DNA of 61,542 nucleotides, filler included, from Asterionella formosa (Eukaryota), in NCBI GenBank assembly GCA_002256025.1. It is 10 parts of 10 records of this genome, joined end to end, with 100 filler letters (N's around TTAATTAATTAA, not from the genome) between each part and the next. Parts side by side here need not be neighbours in the genome. Positions count along the whole stretch, not along the records: positions 6,171 to 12,238 come from NKIB01012826.1; positions 12,339 to 18,406 come from NKIB01012827.1; positions 18,507 to 24,574 come from NKIB01012828.1; positions 24,675 to 30,741 come from NKIB01012829.1; 6 more parts are not named here. One strand, 5' to 3'. A model generated the notes under the pieces. The model was not told where the DNA came from and made no database searches. It worked only from the letters and a program-made list of their open reading frames with translations. Of this stretch, positions 11,901-26,208 are shown one piece after another (positions within the stretch are counted from its first letter, which is position 1; each line of letters begins with the position of its first letter). The translations under genes were made by a program, and so were the position numbers.

Positions 11901-13439
11901 TGGATAAGACATAAAATGCGAGAAATTTATATTTATCATTAAACACAATATAAGATGAGAACTCCAATCTTGGGATAATCTGTGCTTTTTACTTCTTTCT
12001 CGATTGCCACTTTTGACCTAAATTAATCCAATCGGTTGAGAACTAACAGTATGACCCCAGAGATTATAGTAGCTAATTGCTACTATTGCATGACACCACA
12101 GCAACAGCTTTTGTTCAAACAGCTGAGGGCATTCATGGAGCAGTACTGGTATGATTCCAAGAAAAATCTGATTGATTCAATGTAGGTTTGCATCCTGGTG
12201 GGTTACATTTGCAATTGTGTGCAAACAAAGATTTTGGANNNNNNNNNNNNNNNNNNNNNNNNNNNNNNNNNNNNNNNNNNNNTTAATTAATTAANNNNNN
12301 NNNNNNNNNNNNNNNNNNNNNNNNNNNNNNNNNNNNNNTTGTATCGTTGGTTGGAAGGAGATGAGATGAAAGGAACAAGTCAATATCAGTTGCTTTGCAC
12401 TTTTATATCTTATCATCGGTTCATTCCTCTGGAGCAGAAATGAAAAAGAAAGCAGGGAGGAAGAAGAACATTTTGATTCGAACTACCGGTACCACCGGTA
12501 CCATACCACAGGTACCGGTAGTCTACTCGTATTAACCAATCCATCAAGACACTGACGCCGGCCGGCTGTCGATGTTCCACTGGTGTGTGTCAGTATGACT
12601 TGCAACATTGGTGGTTCGGCGTGGGAGTACGAGCGGCATACAGACAAAGAAACGTACGAGGGTGTTCTCATGGCTGAGGTTCCAGACAGTGTTGCCAGTG
12701 TCAGTCAGCTTCACCCATTTTCACTGGTGGTGCTCTGCTCATGTTTATGTTGCATTTATATTTGAGTACCAGTAGTTTTTATGCTTGTAAGGCTGGTTGC
12801 ATCAAAATAATAATTATAGTAGCCCACGTAGCACTGGTACAAACTATTATCCTTATCCCTACCGTAGGAAGGAATATCGCACCAATTTGTTTGCTTCAAT
12901 TGGCTCACCATGTTGCTCAATATAACCACCGTTTCCTGTGCAAAAGTGATTCCCCAAAAGCCTATATATTTGTTTGTATAGTCATGAGTGAAATGCTTTT
13001 GGGGAATCACTTTTCACATGATATTCAAAAAAATATAGCAATATCCATTATGGCTGCCATCAGTGACCCTGCCATTCATGGTGTTTGGTTGCCGGTCGAT
13101 CTATTCAGGGAATATCTTCACAAAAAGATCTCTTTTGGCGATAATATACAATTTAATACTAATAGATTGATAAGGTATCTCAATAAGGTTTTTCCAAATC
13201 AATCTTTGGAGTCAAATGAAATTACTCTACTACATAATGCCTTTGATTCAAATAGTAAAATTAATATTACTGGTCTAGCAGGAGATGAATTAAATTCAAG
13301 GAAAAGGAGAAGACACAAGTGAACAACAAGAAGGAGAAGAAGAAGGCAAAGAAGCAACTAGTAGACTATTATTGCTAGCAGGGGGGAGTGATGAATCATC
13401 AGAACTAGCTATGAGAGATCCTACATAAATTTCACATTT

Positions 13440-16400
13440 GTGACAACTCAAACCAATATTGGCATGTCTATGATGAGGCCATCACGGATGAAACCTGCTA
13501 CTTTTGAATTGGACAGTTATCCAATACTCATTGACAATTGCTCAACAGCATGTGTTACAAACATTGTACATGACTTCATTGGAGATACCAAAGATATTCA
13601 GGCAAGGGTAACTGGAATTGGAGGACAAATATGCATCACAAAGATTGGTGCAGTCAAATGGAACATTGAAGATGATCAAGGAAGGATTCATCAAGTCAAA
13701 ATTAAGGATACTTTCTATGCACATGATGCACCAATTAGATTGTTGTCACCACAACATTGGGCAAAATCCGCAAATGATAATTCTGAACATATCAAGGGAA
13801 CATGGCAAGTGACCTATGATGACCAAATTGAATAACATTGGAGCAACAACAAGTTTCAAAAGACAATAATCCTTGATTCAATCACAAATGTGGGAAGATT
13901 TCAATCAGCACCGGGTTTCCAGCGATTTATGGTATATAACATGTTGATTCAACCAGAGACCAGTCATGTGTGTTGTTTCGATGCAAATTTGGTGTCTGAT
14001 GACAAACAATCAATGACATTGGATACCACAGTTAAAGATTGTGAAACAACCATTGCAAATGAGATTCCAACACAGCTCATACCCACACTTGACCAAAATC
14101 TATCAAAAAGAACTGGCCCCCATGTGATCAACTTCCATGATGAAGATCAGTTGGATTATAAAGAAACTAACAGTGTTTTGGAACATCAACTTATTCCAAT
14201 GGCATTATTACTCCGATTGCATTATCAAATGTCTCATTTGCCCTTCAGCTCACTAAGATTAATGGCAGAAAATGGTCATCTCTCAAGAAAGATAATGGAA
14301 TGTCCAATACCAAAGTGTACCGCTTGCATGTTTGGAAAAGCAACCAGACAACCATGGAGAACTAAGTCAACTATAAATGCAGAAATCAAGATAACAACGC
14401 AACCAGGACAATGTGTTTCAGTTGATCAATTGGAGTCCCCCAAACCTGGTTTGGCTGCCCAACTCAGAGGCATACTGACAACATTGAGATACAAGGCAGC
14501 AACAATATTTGTCGATCATTTCAGTTTCATGAGTTATGTTCATTTACAACCAATTAAGGCAAAGAAAGCTTTTGAAAAGTTTGCTCGAAGTCATGGAGTG
14601 ATTATCAAGCACTATCATGCTGATAATGGTCGATTTGCGGATAATGCATTCATTGCTGATACTCATGAACAGTAACAGACAATCACATATTGTGGTGTGA
14701 ATGCACATTTCCAAAATGGAATAGCTGAAAAGCGGATTCGAGACTTACAAGACCTCACCAGAACATCACTCCTACATGCCTCAAATAGATGGCCCAAGGC
14801 AATGTCAACATGCCTATGGCATAATGCATTAAGAACCGCAAATGATTTTATTAATTCGTCACCCAAACGAAGTGATGGAAAATCTGCATTAGAAGTCTTC
14901 TCAAATACAAATGTTGTCTCAAAGCTTGATATTTTTCACCCCTTTGGCTGTCCAGTTTACATTTTGGACAACAAGCTCCAAGCTGGCCAGAAGATAGACA
15001 AGTGGTATAAGAGAACTCGAGTCGGAATTTATCTTGGGCTATCGACAAACCATTCAAGGTATGTGTCACTAGTGCTAAATATCTTAACGGGTATGGTCTC
15101 ACCGAAATTTCACTATAAGGCGGATGACATGTTTGAGACAGTAAATGTCCCTGAAGACAGCAACTACATTCGATGGCAGATTGTTACCAGGTTTGTTGGA
15201 GGAAAGTTCAGTGCAGAAACAAAACTTCATGTTCCAAGAGTAAAGATGGGTAGAATAACGGTATTGGGAACCACAGCTCCCAAACCAATTGACAATGAGT
15301 AAGCAGTGCCCATTCAACAAACAGATATTGAATCAGATACATCTCCAGTCCATCATGATGATTCCTCTGAGAAACCAACAGTCCCAGAAATATCTGAAGG
15401 AGTTGTTCGTGGACCCCTCGAGGGCACCGGTCGGTGGTCTGAGAGGCACAAACCCTCAAAGAAGCTTCAAGAAAGCATTGAACAAGGTTTCCTGTCCCTT
15501 CCAACGATTTTACATGATGAATATGGAGATGAGGAGTACAGATTACAAGAGAGCATGCGTGATCCCATTGCATTTGCAGCAAGTAATGACAAGGACACAA
15601 TGTATGTTGATCAGGCAATGAGGGCACCAGATCGCAAACAATGCCTCAAAGCCATGGTAGATGAGGTTGAAGCCCACACTAACAATGGTCACTGGAAAAT
15701 AATTCTGAAAACAGAAGTGCCTCTTGGGATCAAAATACTCCCATCAGTATGGGCCATGAAGCGCAAGAGAAGAATTCTCACTCAAGAAGTGTATAAATGG
15801 AAAGCAAGGCTCAATATTCATGAAGGAGAACTAAGTGATTACTTGGGAATCAAGATCACCAAACTCCAGGACAGAAGAATTACCTTGACTCAGCCACAAT
15901 TGATCAATTCAATCATAACTTCTTTGAATTTTGCACCCAATACAAAACCAAAAGATATACCCGCTAACTCTTCCGTAATTCTACAAAGAGATGTGGAAGG
16001 TGATGATTTTGACGAACACTGGGCCTACAGGTCAGTAATTGGAAAGCTAAACTTCCTAGAGAAATCAACAAGACCCGACATATCTTATGCAGTGCATCAG
16101 TGTGCAAGATTTGCATCCCATCCAAAGAAGAGCCATGGAGATGCGGTCAGAAATATTGTCTGATACCTCTATGGTACAAGGGATAGAGGAATTATCATGA
16201 ACCCTCATGGACATGATTTTACAGTGGCTGTTGACAGCGATTTTGCAGGAAATTGGAATAAAGATACAGCAATGAATGATGTCATGACAGCCAAGTCAAG
16301 GTCAGGTCACATCATAATGTATTCAGGATGCCCCATTTTGTGGTCATCCAAGCTCCAGACATAAATAGCGTTATCAACCACTGAAGCAGAATATGTTGCA

Positions 16401-17193
16401 TGCTCAAATTCCCTTCGAGAAACGATTCCAATCATGAATCTTATGGATGAAATGCGAAGACGATATGACAATGGCATTATTGCAATTCCTATAGTGAAGT
16501 GCGAACTGTTTGAAGACAATTCGGGTGCATTGGAGATTGCTACAGTTCACAAAATGAGACCAAGAACCAAGCACATTAATATAAAATATCACCACTTCTG
16601 GAAATATGTCAGATTGAAGAAGATAACAATTCAATCAAATCTGAGGACAACTACTCTGATGGATTTACAAGACCTCTACCAGTGGAGTCATTTCGAGCTC
16701 ATCACAACACTATTCAAGGATGGTAGTGAAGGCGATTATGATGAAAACAAAAGTAAATCAAGTCATATGAAGGAGTGTGGATTTATGCGCAAATTGATAG
16801 CATGATTTGAACATGATTTCCTTTCTATGATGCAAGCACATCATATGCGGAATACTTCAATATATATTCCAGCTCGAAGATATACATACGTATTTGCATA
16901 CCAGGTACCAACGTGTGAAAATTGGTTGGTTTGCACAGCATGATACCTACATGTATGTTATCCATCACATGTTGCATTATATTGCATTCTCAATAACATT
17001 CACAACAATTGATTGCGTCGCCATCACAGCAATTGATTGTACTGCTTATTTACAAATTGAGAACCTCTCTGTGAATCCTCTGTGAATCCATCCTCTGTGA
17101 ATCCATCATCTTGTGAAAGTCACAGATTAAGTTCTCGAAAATTCGCAGTCAGTTTATACTGGTCATAATTTCTAGAACTGATAATTTACAACA
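13440..17193 (+). mobile_element. Degenerate Ty1/Copia (CoDi-like) LTR retrotransposon: PR-IN-RT-RH, PPT and 3' LTR
   Basis: Protease LIDNCSTAC. Zinc finger LHYQMSH...CTAC. Integrase VSVDQLES, YHADNGRF, QNGIAEKRIRD. RT KWKARL, DYLGIKI, YRSVIGKLNFL, TRPDISYAVHQCARF. RNase H DSDFAG, STTEAEY, FEDNSGA, RTKHINIK. Several stops and frameshifts. No 5' LTR recognised. Confidence 0.93.
16776..17193 (+). repeat. Putative 3' LTR of the Copia element
   Basis: Starts TGTGG right after the purine tract GAAGGAG (16769-16775) and ends CAACA. Contains three CTCTGTGAATC repeats. No second copy is available to confirm the boundaries. Confidence 0.6.
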
Positions 17194-17329
17194 CTAGCTA
17201 GTTTAATTCATCTACACTAGCAATTCGCAATCCTTGCGGGCTTACTACAATCCAACGACTGTACTAGCCTCTCAGCAACCGGATTAGCTCACACAAAAAG
17301 GATAAGACATTTTTCAAGACAAGCAAGAC

Positions 17330-17610
17330 AATATATATATATGCATACTTAAAGATTTGGAAAGATCTGGATGTAGCTACAACAACATGACAGGATGGAC
17401 GCCGAAGTTGACACAACAACACATGAAGCAGACCCCATCAATGTTGAGAAGCTTGTCAAACAATTCAAAACAAACTGCTGTGCTCTCGATTTTGACACAA
17501 CTTTCCGAAAGGCAACCTATGTCAACAATCTAACTTAAGTGAACAACAGAGCAACAAAGCAAACGAGACGCAAGCAGCAAAATCAACAAACATGAATGAC
17601 GACAACAGAT
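17330..17610 (+). pseudogene. 3' fragment of a DDE transposase; homologous to about 36715-36905
   Basis: Shares GAAGCAGACCCCATCA..TTGAGAAGCTTG...CACAACTTT and downstream sequence with the contig-6 copy. Encodes EKLVKQFKTNCCALDFDTTF. Confidence 0.5.
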
Positions 17611-20600
17611 TGATGTTACATAGTACCTTTTGAGTGGAAATGAGTGGAGGGCAATATATATAGCTATATCAAAGAATTTAATAGCCTTCTCAGGTCACCA
17701 GTTGATAAATTGCAAATTACCAAATTGACTAGGTTTACCAAAACCTGTTGGGGATCATTCATATTCATAGACTCTTTACAGTTACTCTATTCACAACTAC
17801 ACATATATGTTACCTGCTATTCTCATTCCTCTACTCTTGAATCAAACAAAGCATCTGGAATGCAACCTCATCTTCTCCTTTTTGGTAATGGTCACTACCA
17901 GTACTATTCTTCCCAACATCATTCTGTGCAAGTATTTGACGCAGAGTGTCATGCATCCCAATGCCTCCTTCTACTTCGGTTCTCCACCGAGTTGCAAGAA
18001 ATCTCATTAATTTGGCTAAATTCAAAAAATATAGCTCAAGACTTATCCAGCAGCCAGGGGTATTCAAGTTCAAGTCTAGCAGGATACTATTGTCATTGTC
18101 ATAACCATCCTGTTTCTTGTATGCATCATACATGGCAGCTGCAATGGTTCCAAAGCGTTCACTGCGTAGTCCTTTTTTGTCATCAATAATTTTTGTAGGA
18201 GGAATGGCTTCCATTTTGAAGATATTGCTAGCAAACGCATGTTGCTGAACATGATCTTTTACTTCATCACTGGAGACCTGCAAATCATGATGATGACGCA
18301 AAAGCAGGTATCTGCAAAGACTTCGGCCAGCAGAACTGACGTATCGACGACCATAGATCGCAATGGCTTCTCGATAACATGTCACTGCAGTTGAGTACTC
18401 CCTGTTNNNNNNNNNNNNNNNNNNNNNNNNNNNNNNNNNNNNNNNNNNNNTTAATTAATTAANNNNNNNNNNNNNNNNNNNNNNNNNNNNNNNNNNNNNN
18501 NNNNNNTGGAACTGGCAGTGATTTTATCTGATAGGTTAGCAGCAAGGAAGGTGCAATTGAAGGGGCCCTCACATTCCTGGATGATCAGTTTTAATAGTAG
18601 TGTCTCCTGATAATGGGGTTTTCGTCTCTGGCACCACTATGGCTGCATTAGATTGACAGATGTTCCTCCTTTTTATTTTTTAAATATTTATAAATACAGT
18701 GCTACATCTATTTGTAATTTAACACTTCAACTTACTAATTGCAAGTTTATTTTATCTACACAGTAGTAGAATTGCTATTATCTAAGTGATCATCTATTTC
18801 GATGACCTCCTCCTCCTTAACATCATCTTCAATCTTGACGATTTCATCAAGAAACGTGAATAGCGCAACTCCATTACCTCGCATATTCATTCTTCCTTTT
18901 GATTGCTTCTTAGAGTCTGTTAGCATTTCAATAACTAGTAGTACAGCAGAACAATTAACATAATTTGCTGCCTCGACTTTGTCATGTGCAATTCTCCTTG
19001 CAAGATACCCAACTCTGCACCTTTGACCTTCTGCATGGAGGTCACAGTCCATGGTCACCTGGATAATGTCCTCAAGTTCTTGTAGGATCTCATCCAACAC
19101 TGTGCACAATGAGAAGAAAACCACAGAGCAATCCTTAACAGTTGATCCGCAACAGTGATAATTTGCGCAACTGCGACCCTTGTTGCTGTCAATTAAGCCA
19201 AGGATATATGACCATCAGGAATGGGCACAACATCGATGTCAACATCCATTTTGACAAAAATGATGATGATGATGATGATGAGCGATGCAAAATCAACGCA
19301 TTAGCATTGCTTGATATGTACACCATGTACCCAATGTATAAATATACGTTAAATTGGTTTCGATTAATTTATTTAGATGCTACATATTTAATTACAAAAA
19401 CAAAGTATATGGTCACATCTATGTAACTCATAAAAACGCATTGTTTCGAGTAAGCCGACCCTCACGTAGAAAGATGGTGTGTTTGCTACACAATCCTTCA
19501 TATGCGAACAGTAAAGACACTAGCGGTGCCGGTAAATCGATGCAATTAATATTGGACAGAGGGAGTACTATAGTATAATATAACGTGGATATGATGGTGA
19601 TTGCTTCATTTTTTATTCGACGGAAAATACTATGTAGATGATACCCGTAGTGACAGCTAGTGCACTATACCGGTACCGGTAGTACTAATCAACGAGCACC
19701 GTGTACAAAGCAAGTGAGGCTTAGAGCATGTCATATGCCATATATGTATATAGCTGCATGATGTAAATATTCTGTGCATCATCTGATTTATGTGGAGTTT
19801 CAAGTCATCTTTGCTATAACAAAAGCACATCATGTAGACTATAACATTGCTCTTCAACAAACTACTATTACTAGTGCAACAGCCATCATATATAATATCA
19901 TGAATGTAAGTGTAATATCATGCATCATTGTGAATATAGTAAATTATCAAAGCATCATGTAGTAGTGGATTCCCACCATATCACTGATCATTCATCAGGC
20001 CTAAGTTCGCTATTAGCCAGAACTTCTTTCAGTTTTATGGATTGGTCTGATTGAAATGAAGGTCAACGGGCTCTTTCCTTCATTTCAATCCCTTGAGTAT
20101 TCATGAATTTTTACCTCACTTGATTTTATGGGGCTTTGAATTTTCTTTGCTTCTAGTTACAATGCTCCTTCCATTCTCCTCTCTCATTTTTCCAACCTTA
20201 TTCTTTCATCAAAATCAGACTTCAGCCTGCCTTCAACTGACTGTTCATTCGTCCCAGTTGACTTCAATTCCTACATTGTTGATTTTTATTCACATTTCCT
20301 TGATGCATTGGTACAATGCAAGAGGATTCTGGGGAATTTTTTACCCAATGGGTCCATTCTAAATATCTAACTCAGGGTCAATTATTATAAGAATCTAAAT
20401 TTTTTCACCTATATTATTCTACCTGATGGAGTTTCAGACAAATGCAAACATCCGGGTTTCATAAATATACATTTATTATTCCTAGTAACAAGTTTTCAGC
20501 CCCTCCTACTACACACTGCTTCTGATTCTCCCATTCTTTCAACGTGATCAAATCAGAATCCACTGCTTCCGTTCTCCACTCATCTCTCCCACCACTTCCA

Positions 20601-23156
20601 CTCACCTGACTCCACCAGCTTGCTCTCGCCGATATGGCGCAAGTTGATTCACCCAAAACGCCACTCTCCAAGCTACAGAGAAAGTCAAAATCTGTGCATC
20701 TTTCTGTTGCCGCTTATTTCGAGTAGCACTTGCTCATCCCAGCACCACTAGCAACTGCATCCCTCCCCTTGCCAAACCCTCCGCACAACACCTGCAACCA
20801 TCAAATGGCAAGTTCAGGGCTCCCACAACAACACGATGAAGTGATCCTCCCATACAGAAAGTCCAGGTTTCCACCACTATCCTTCTGCGAAGAAAAGCAT
20901 CTCCACTCAACTGCCAGAAACCAGATGAAACCCCAACCCATCAAATTAAACTCCCTGAACCGAAATTCCCTGCCCCTTCTCCAGCCAGGTCGTTATTCTC
21001 TGACTGGCTCTTCTTTTGTCTCCCTACTATGAAACAACATAGATTTACAGCCTCCAATGAAATGTCAGACAAAGGCCAACAATCAATGCACTCATATATT
21101 AGCTCATATTAGCTCACAGACACAAAAACCAATCCAGAGAGTCAACCAGAGTGGGGCCAAAAGGAAATCTTTCACCTAATCAACACTCAGCATCCAATTC
21201 TACAGTTAAAATAAGAAGTGCAGTTGTAGAGAACTAATCCAGAAACAAAGTTACCACAATATTTGTACCGATACTAATTCCAAATGAGGAGGTGATGACC
21301 ATCCAAAAAAATTCCACTGCCCCACCTTTGATAGGCCATGGAGCGCAATGACACACTGCAACTTTACAAATCACGAGCTGGTATTAAGAATGCGCTATAA
21401 CCATGTGAAAATTGATAATGAATTCATTTTTATAGTGCCTTTAGGATACTCTAGGTTAGTAGGGGAGTTAGCATTTCGCTTCTTGTCATATTAAGCCTGG
21501 TTTGAAACAAAAAGAAAATTTCACCCACCTGATATCAAGCCAACAGATGTGGTGACTCTAGGTGCTTGCATGTGGAGCGATGAATGTGGATACACTCTTG
21601 ACGAGAAGTTGGGGAAGTGCTTGAATGTACTTGTTGTGCTGTATTTGTCGATCCTCTATTTTTTCAAGCGGTGAAGAAAGTTGTGAGCTTAGTTTGTGAG
21701 CGCGAACGAGTTTGCGGTCACACAGTTTTTCTGGTTGATTTCCTTTTAACTGTCTTGGAATTATGCTGTAAAACTCCATTGGGTAAATCTGTTGAAACGT
21801 TTTCTTCGACCATAATTATATCTTTATTTCCCTGATTTCCTTCCTTTAGAAATGATGTGCAGTCATTGTCTCGATTTAGTTTTTGCGCTGCTAGAATGTT
21901 GCGTATGAGCGATCTACTGGAGTACAAATCAAAAAGATATGCTAGTGTGCACTGCACATCACTATACTATTTTGCATTTTGTCATGTTGATATTTTTTCC
22001 ATCAACTCAACTCTGATTGGTATCAAAAACATTAAACATTATACAGTCGAATAATTGCTTATATACTTATTTTGCATCATCTGTTTGTATGATTTCATCG
22101 ATGCAGACATGGCTGAGCAGCAGTGTGAATTGTGGTCACTATCTCCTGTATTGATATTACTAATTGTTACATCCTTTTCCATTAATTCAAATCAATCGAG
22201 ATTAAACTGCATGTTTTTACTTCAACACCACTGGGGCGGAAATGAATGTTTCTATATCATGTCAGTATGAGCACTTTTACTTGCATTTCCACATCACCAT
22301 TTGTTTCTTGTATACTCTTTCCCCAACAACATCACCAATGAAATACTTCCAGCGCCATATCGTAGCTATAAATAAGAAATCAACAGTATGATCCTACGAA
22401 GGATGAGAATAGGAGCGACATGATTAAATCTGATTTTGCGAATTATGAACATTCTTTCGCCAGTCGTAATTGCAGTATTTGCCAGATTTTTCAAATTCAG
22501 GTAGCTTTGGATACTTCTGCCCTTATGGAAATAGAATACCAGTAGTAAGAACACACAGCATACATCAAAAATTTCTACTTGATTTCTCATGATGAGTCTC
22601 TGCTCTTCCATTTGCCTTCCTTTCCTAGTTGTTGACAAAAGGTTTTGCAATACATTGATATTGACCTTGTTGTCATTCTGTGTTCCCTTCGAGTTCTTGT
22701 ACTTTCTTCAACACACATTCCTGAATAGACTTGGTATAACTTCCACTAATTGATTGTGGTTGAATTTTCATGGTTGCCTTATCATTGGTTTCCACAACCT
22801 TACACATCATGGTACTTCCTGTGGTTGGGCGAATATATTCTCGATCTAGAGTTTTGACAGTCAATTTATAGTCTTGTGCTCTATATATTTTTCAGTCCAG
22901 AAATTACTTGACTGGCACTACATGTTTCAAGCAGGCGACATGCTACGAGAAAAATTATCCTATGTATCTGTCCATGGATGTATTCCTTTTCAGAATTTCA
23001 CTTTCAAAATTCCAGGTTCTTGTTTGCTCTGTTGACTGCTGATAACTCAGCGTCGTTAATATAAAACGGTTCATCTGTTGCTCTGGTAAAACCGCTTTGA
23101 TGTGAGGACTATCAACAATAATACAAGCTACCTTAATCTCCTGGGCACTTAATGAA

Positions 23157-24230
23157 TCAGATGGGTACAAATAATACCTGAGTCTGGTTCCCGAATGTCT
23201 CTCCTTCTAAAGTGTCGCGTAAACTCATTGCCGCCTCCACATCGGATTCATCATGCGGAATAACGTCTTTGCCATCTACTCGCTGAGCTGGTACAAAGAA
23301 GTTTCGACACATCGGGCATCGCTTCTTTCCCTTGCTGAGCCAGACCAAGATGCATTCAGCATGAAAAGCATGAGGACACATCCGTCGTGTCGACCACACG
23401 ACTTTGTCTCCTGATTCATAATCCATTAGGCAAATCGTGCATTCAGCATTAACTGTACGAGAATGCCCATTTTCGTCTGTGACTGGTAGACATAACTTTC
23501 TCTCTTGCAATGGGCATCGATCCGTTGGTCCTCCAAGTTCCAAGTCGACTTGGTATTCACCCTCATCCGAGCTCGAAGTTGTATCCATAGTATGGGTAGC
23601 AGAAATGGAGGGATATTTCACTGTCACTTCCTCAAAAACATCATTTGATTCCACATGGTACTCCGCTTCGTGATGCTTCTCATCATCTTCACAAGCATAC
23701 GACATTGTCGGTTCCGAGTCAACGATGTTCACAAGTTCTATCGTGTCCTGCCTGCTTTCCACATAATCAGATTGGTCGTCAGCGGTCGCTGTTTGCCTCA
23801 CTTCCTCGCCATATCGGTCGCTAACTATTTTTTCTTCTTTCGCGGATCCAAATTCGAAACTGACACTTTGAAACTGTGCATTTCTGCCATGCCCGTCATT
23901 CTCACGACTAAAATCGGCGTCAGCGACAACCATGGTGTAGGGTTTCAAAAAGACTCGATATTTCCTTGCCCTTTCTTCCCGTTGCTTTAATAATAGACTA
24001 TTGAAATCTCGCTCCAATTCCTCCTGAATTTGTCTGGCCAGTTCTTCATCGTCCAGTATTTGCTGTTGAAGCGTGGCAGGGTCCATGACTCGAGGTTCGA
24101 CTTGACCCACTGCTGCATTTCCTTTAAACATGCGATTGATATGATCCTGGAAATAGCAACAACCAGCAACAATGATTAGAAAAACACCAAGAATGATGGA
24201 AAGGACGTAAGGACCTTCCAAGCTTGACAT
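23157..24230 (-). CDS. Transmembrane RING-H2 E3 ubiquitin ligase (ATL-like architecture)
   Basis: First ATG at 24230. TM segment YVLSIILGVFLIIVAGCCYF. RING-H2 CTICLMDYESGDKVVWSTRRMCPHAFHAECILVWLSKGKKRCPMCR. Confidence 0.88.
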   Translation of the reverse strand: MSSLEGPYVLSIILGVFLIIVAGCCYFQDHINRMFKGNAAVGQVEPRVMDPATLQQQILDDEELARQIQEELERDFNSLLLKQREERARKYRVFLKPYTMVVADADFSRENDGHGRNAQFQSVSFEFGSAKEEKIVSDRYGEEVRQTATADDQSDYVESRQDTIELVNIVDSEPTMSYACEDDEKHHEAEYHVESNDVFEEVTVKYPSISATHTMDTTSSSDEGEYQVDLELGGPTDRCPLQERKLCLPVTDENGHSRTVNAECTICLMDYESGDKVVWSTRRMCPHAFHAECILVWLSKGKKRCPMCRNFFVPAQRVDGKDVIPHDESDVEAAMSLRDTLEGETFGNQTQVLFVPI

Positions 24231-25480
24231 GGCGTAATTATCGATAAGTTCAGAATGAAATTTGTGTCCAAACTTTGTTTTCAGAAAACAACGCACCTGG
24301 AAGAAAAGGAGAGCGAACTACCGGTATGTACCAGTAAGTGTATTCATGTACGACCTAGGCACTTGTACGGTACCAGGTAGACTGTTGTTTGCCAGGTGCT
24401 ACGGATCCGGGTTTTCGTCATATCACCCGAAGGAAAGAGCGATGCGAACAGTAAATTAGCCAGTATATCCGGTAGCTAACTTATGGTACATTTAGGAACA
24501 AGTCGGAACCAAAGTCAAACAATGATGCTCAGGCACTTCCCAGCGGTATGTACTCTAATGGAGCATACTATACCNNNNNNNNNNNNNNNNNNNNNNNNNN
24601 NNNNNNNNNNNNNNNNNNTTAATTAATTAANNNNNNNNNNNNNNNNNNNNNNNNNNNNNNNNNNNNNNNNNNNNGGGACTGCCTCTCTCTGATGGTTGAA
24701 AACAGTCGCAGCGATTCTTGATTTCGACTCCTTCGATTTTCTCCGGCTCAGTTGCCCTACATATTGTACGCCTCCTGCCTTGCCGAAAGGCAAGACACAC
24801 CCAAGATGGTAAGAAAACATACGAGGGTACCCTGGTGTCAGAGTGTGTCTGATAGGCTGTTGATGTCGACAGGTGTCCGAAAGCTATTGAGGAATGTCTA
24901 AAAATGGAAATAGGCAGGATTTATAAAGCAAAATAATATGCAGACGAGTCGGTTTGACAAAGATCTTGACCGGTCATTCCAGGGCAGCACTGGAATTCGC
25001 AAGAAGAGGCACCATATATTTCAACAACCTGGTACCTGCAAGTTGTGGTCATTTTGCCGAAAATGAAATTAGGTGCCGGCAGGCTCTCAAGCTCGATTCC
25101 AACAGTAATAATATTACCTCGACATTTAGAAAATTTCTAATGGTTTTGCACTGGCCCATTCATTTCAATTATATCAAAATCAAATTTTGAAGAATGATTT
25201 TCTGAAAAACCAGGTTTCCGCATTGGAGAAAATTAGAGAGTAGGAAACCCCCATCTCGCTCGAGGAGGCAGTTTTCGGAAAGCAAGCAAGAAGAGTACTT
25301 ATTTGTCGATGAGAACCGTTTCTCTATGCCTCCGAAATTGGCGTTGCTCTTAGCCTACTGGTGTTGCTGATGATTAGTAGTGGCTGCCAACATTTTTCGG
25401 AAAATCTGTTTTTTTAGTAGCTAATGAAGCAACAATCAAATATGTCAGGACCTACAAAGAATATTGGTGGCTCCCATCTT

Positions 25481-25970
25481 CTATTTCCTTGTCCTGGTGG
25501 CCAACCAATATGCAGTAACCCAGTTGCTGTGTACTTCTTGGTGTATATGTTTCCGAAATACCTCAAGAGGAAATCCTTGATACTCCTCTCTGGTCTCACG
25601 GAGCTTTTGAGGCACCATGATGTCCTGCTTCCCATCTCTGATGTCAAGCTTGAGAAGATTTTGAGCTTCCAAGAACCCATCCCAATGAGAACATGAGAAT
25701 CCTGATTGATTTGTGATGATGGGAAGACGAGGGTGCACTAGCCTATCATGGGCAACTGCAGCACTGTCCACAATAGCTTTATCATGATAATGTTTCTTGA
25801 AAGCTTTCCGGAGGCTATACAGGTTTTTTCTGAATTTTTTGTACTCCACCTCCCTGTATTCATCGCGCATTTCATAGAAATCCTTTGGTCCTATGTTATG
25901 CTGGAGCTTTCCTGCCTGAATAGCTATCCTTTGTCAGGAGCTGCTTTGCAATCTCCCATGGTGTGGTAGA
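25481..25970 (-). pseudogene. Probable accessory ORF of the adjacent DDE transposon (frameshifted)
   Basis: Basic small ORF with an internal repeat (MRDEYREVEYKKFRKNLYSL / TREEYQGFPLEVFRKHIHQE), each half following a W..S/L.A..LL..D-like segment. Same strand, directly downstream of the transposase. Confidence 0.5.
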
Positions 25971-26208
25971 CATTTTATTTCGTCTTGCTTATATACTGGT
26001 ACCGGGGTACTATTATTGACTATGATTGTGGTGCATTGTTTTCAAGCAAAGAAGCCATGGTCGTATTTGAAAAGTTGCTTCCGTCGTGTATATATAGTAA
26101 AACTAACAGGGTACTAGAATTACATAATTTCTATTGTGCAAAATGTAATTCATGAATGATACCAATTTACTCTAGTTGTTTAATCTGATAGAATTCGTTT
26201 TGCATCTC

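Noticed and set aside
12741..13322. 193-aa ORF as the gag of the downstream Copia
   Set aside because: No zinc knuckle, PBS or matching 5' LTR found; origin unresolved.
17831..19124. Minus-strand ORFs 17831-18385 and 18756-19124 as genes
   Set aside because: No recognisable motifs, no ATG start or truncated at a contig edge, and on separate contigs. They may be real fragments but cannot be supported.
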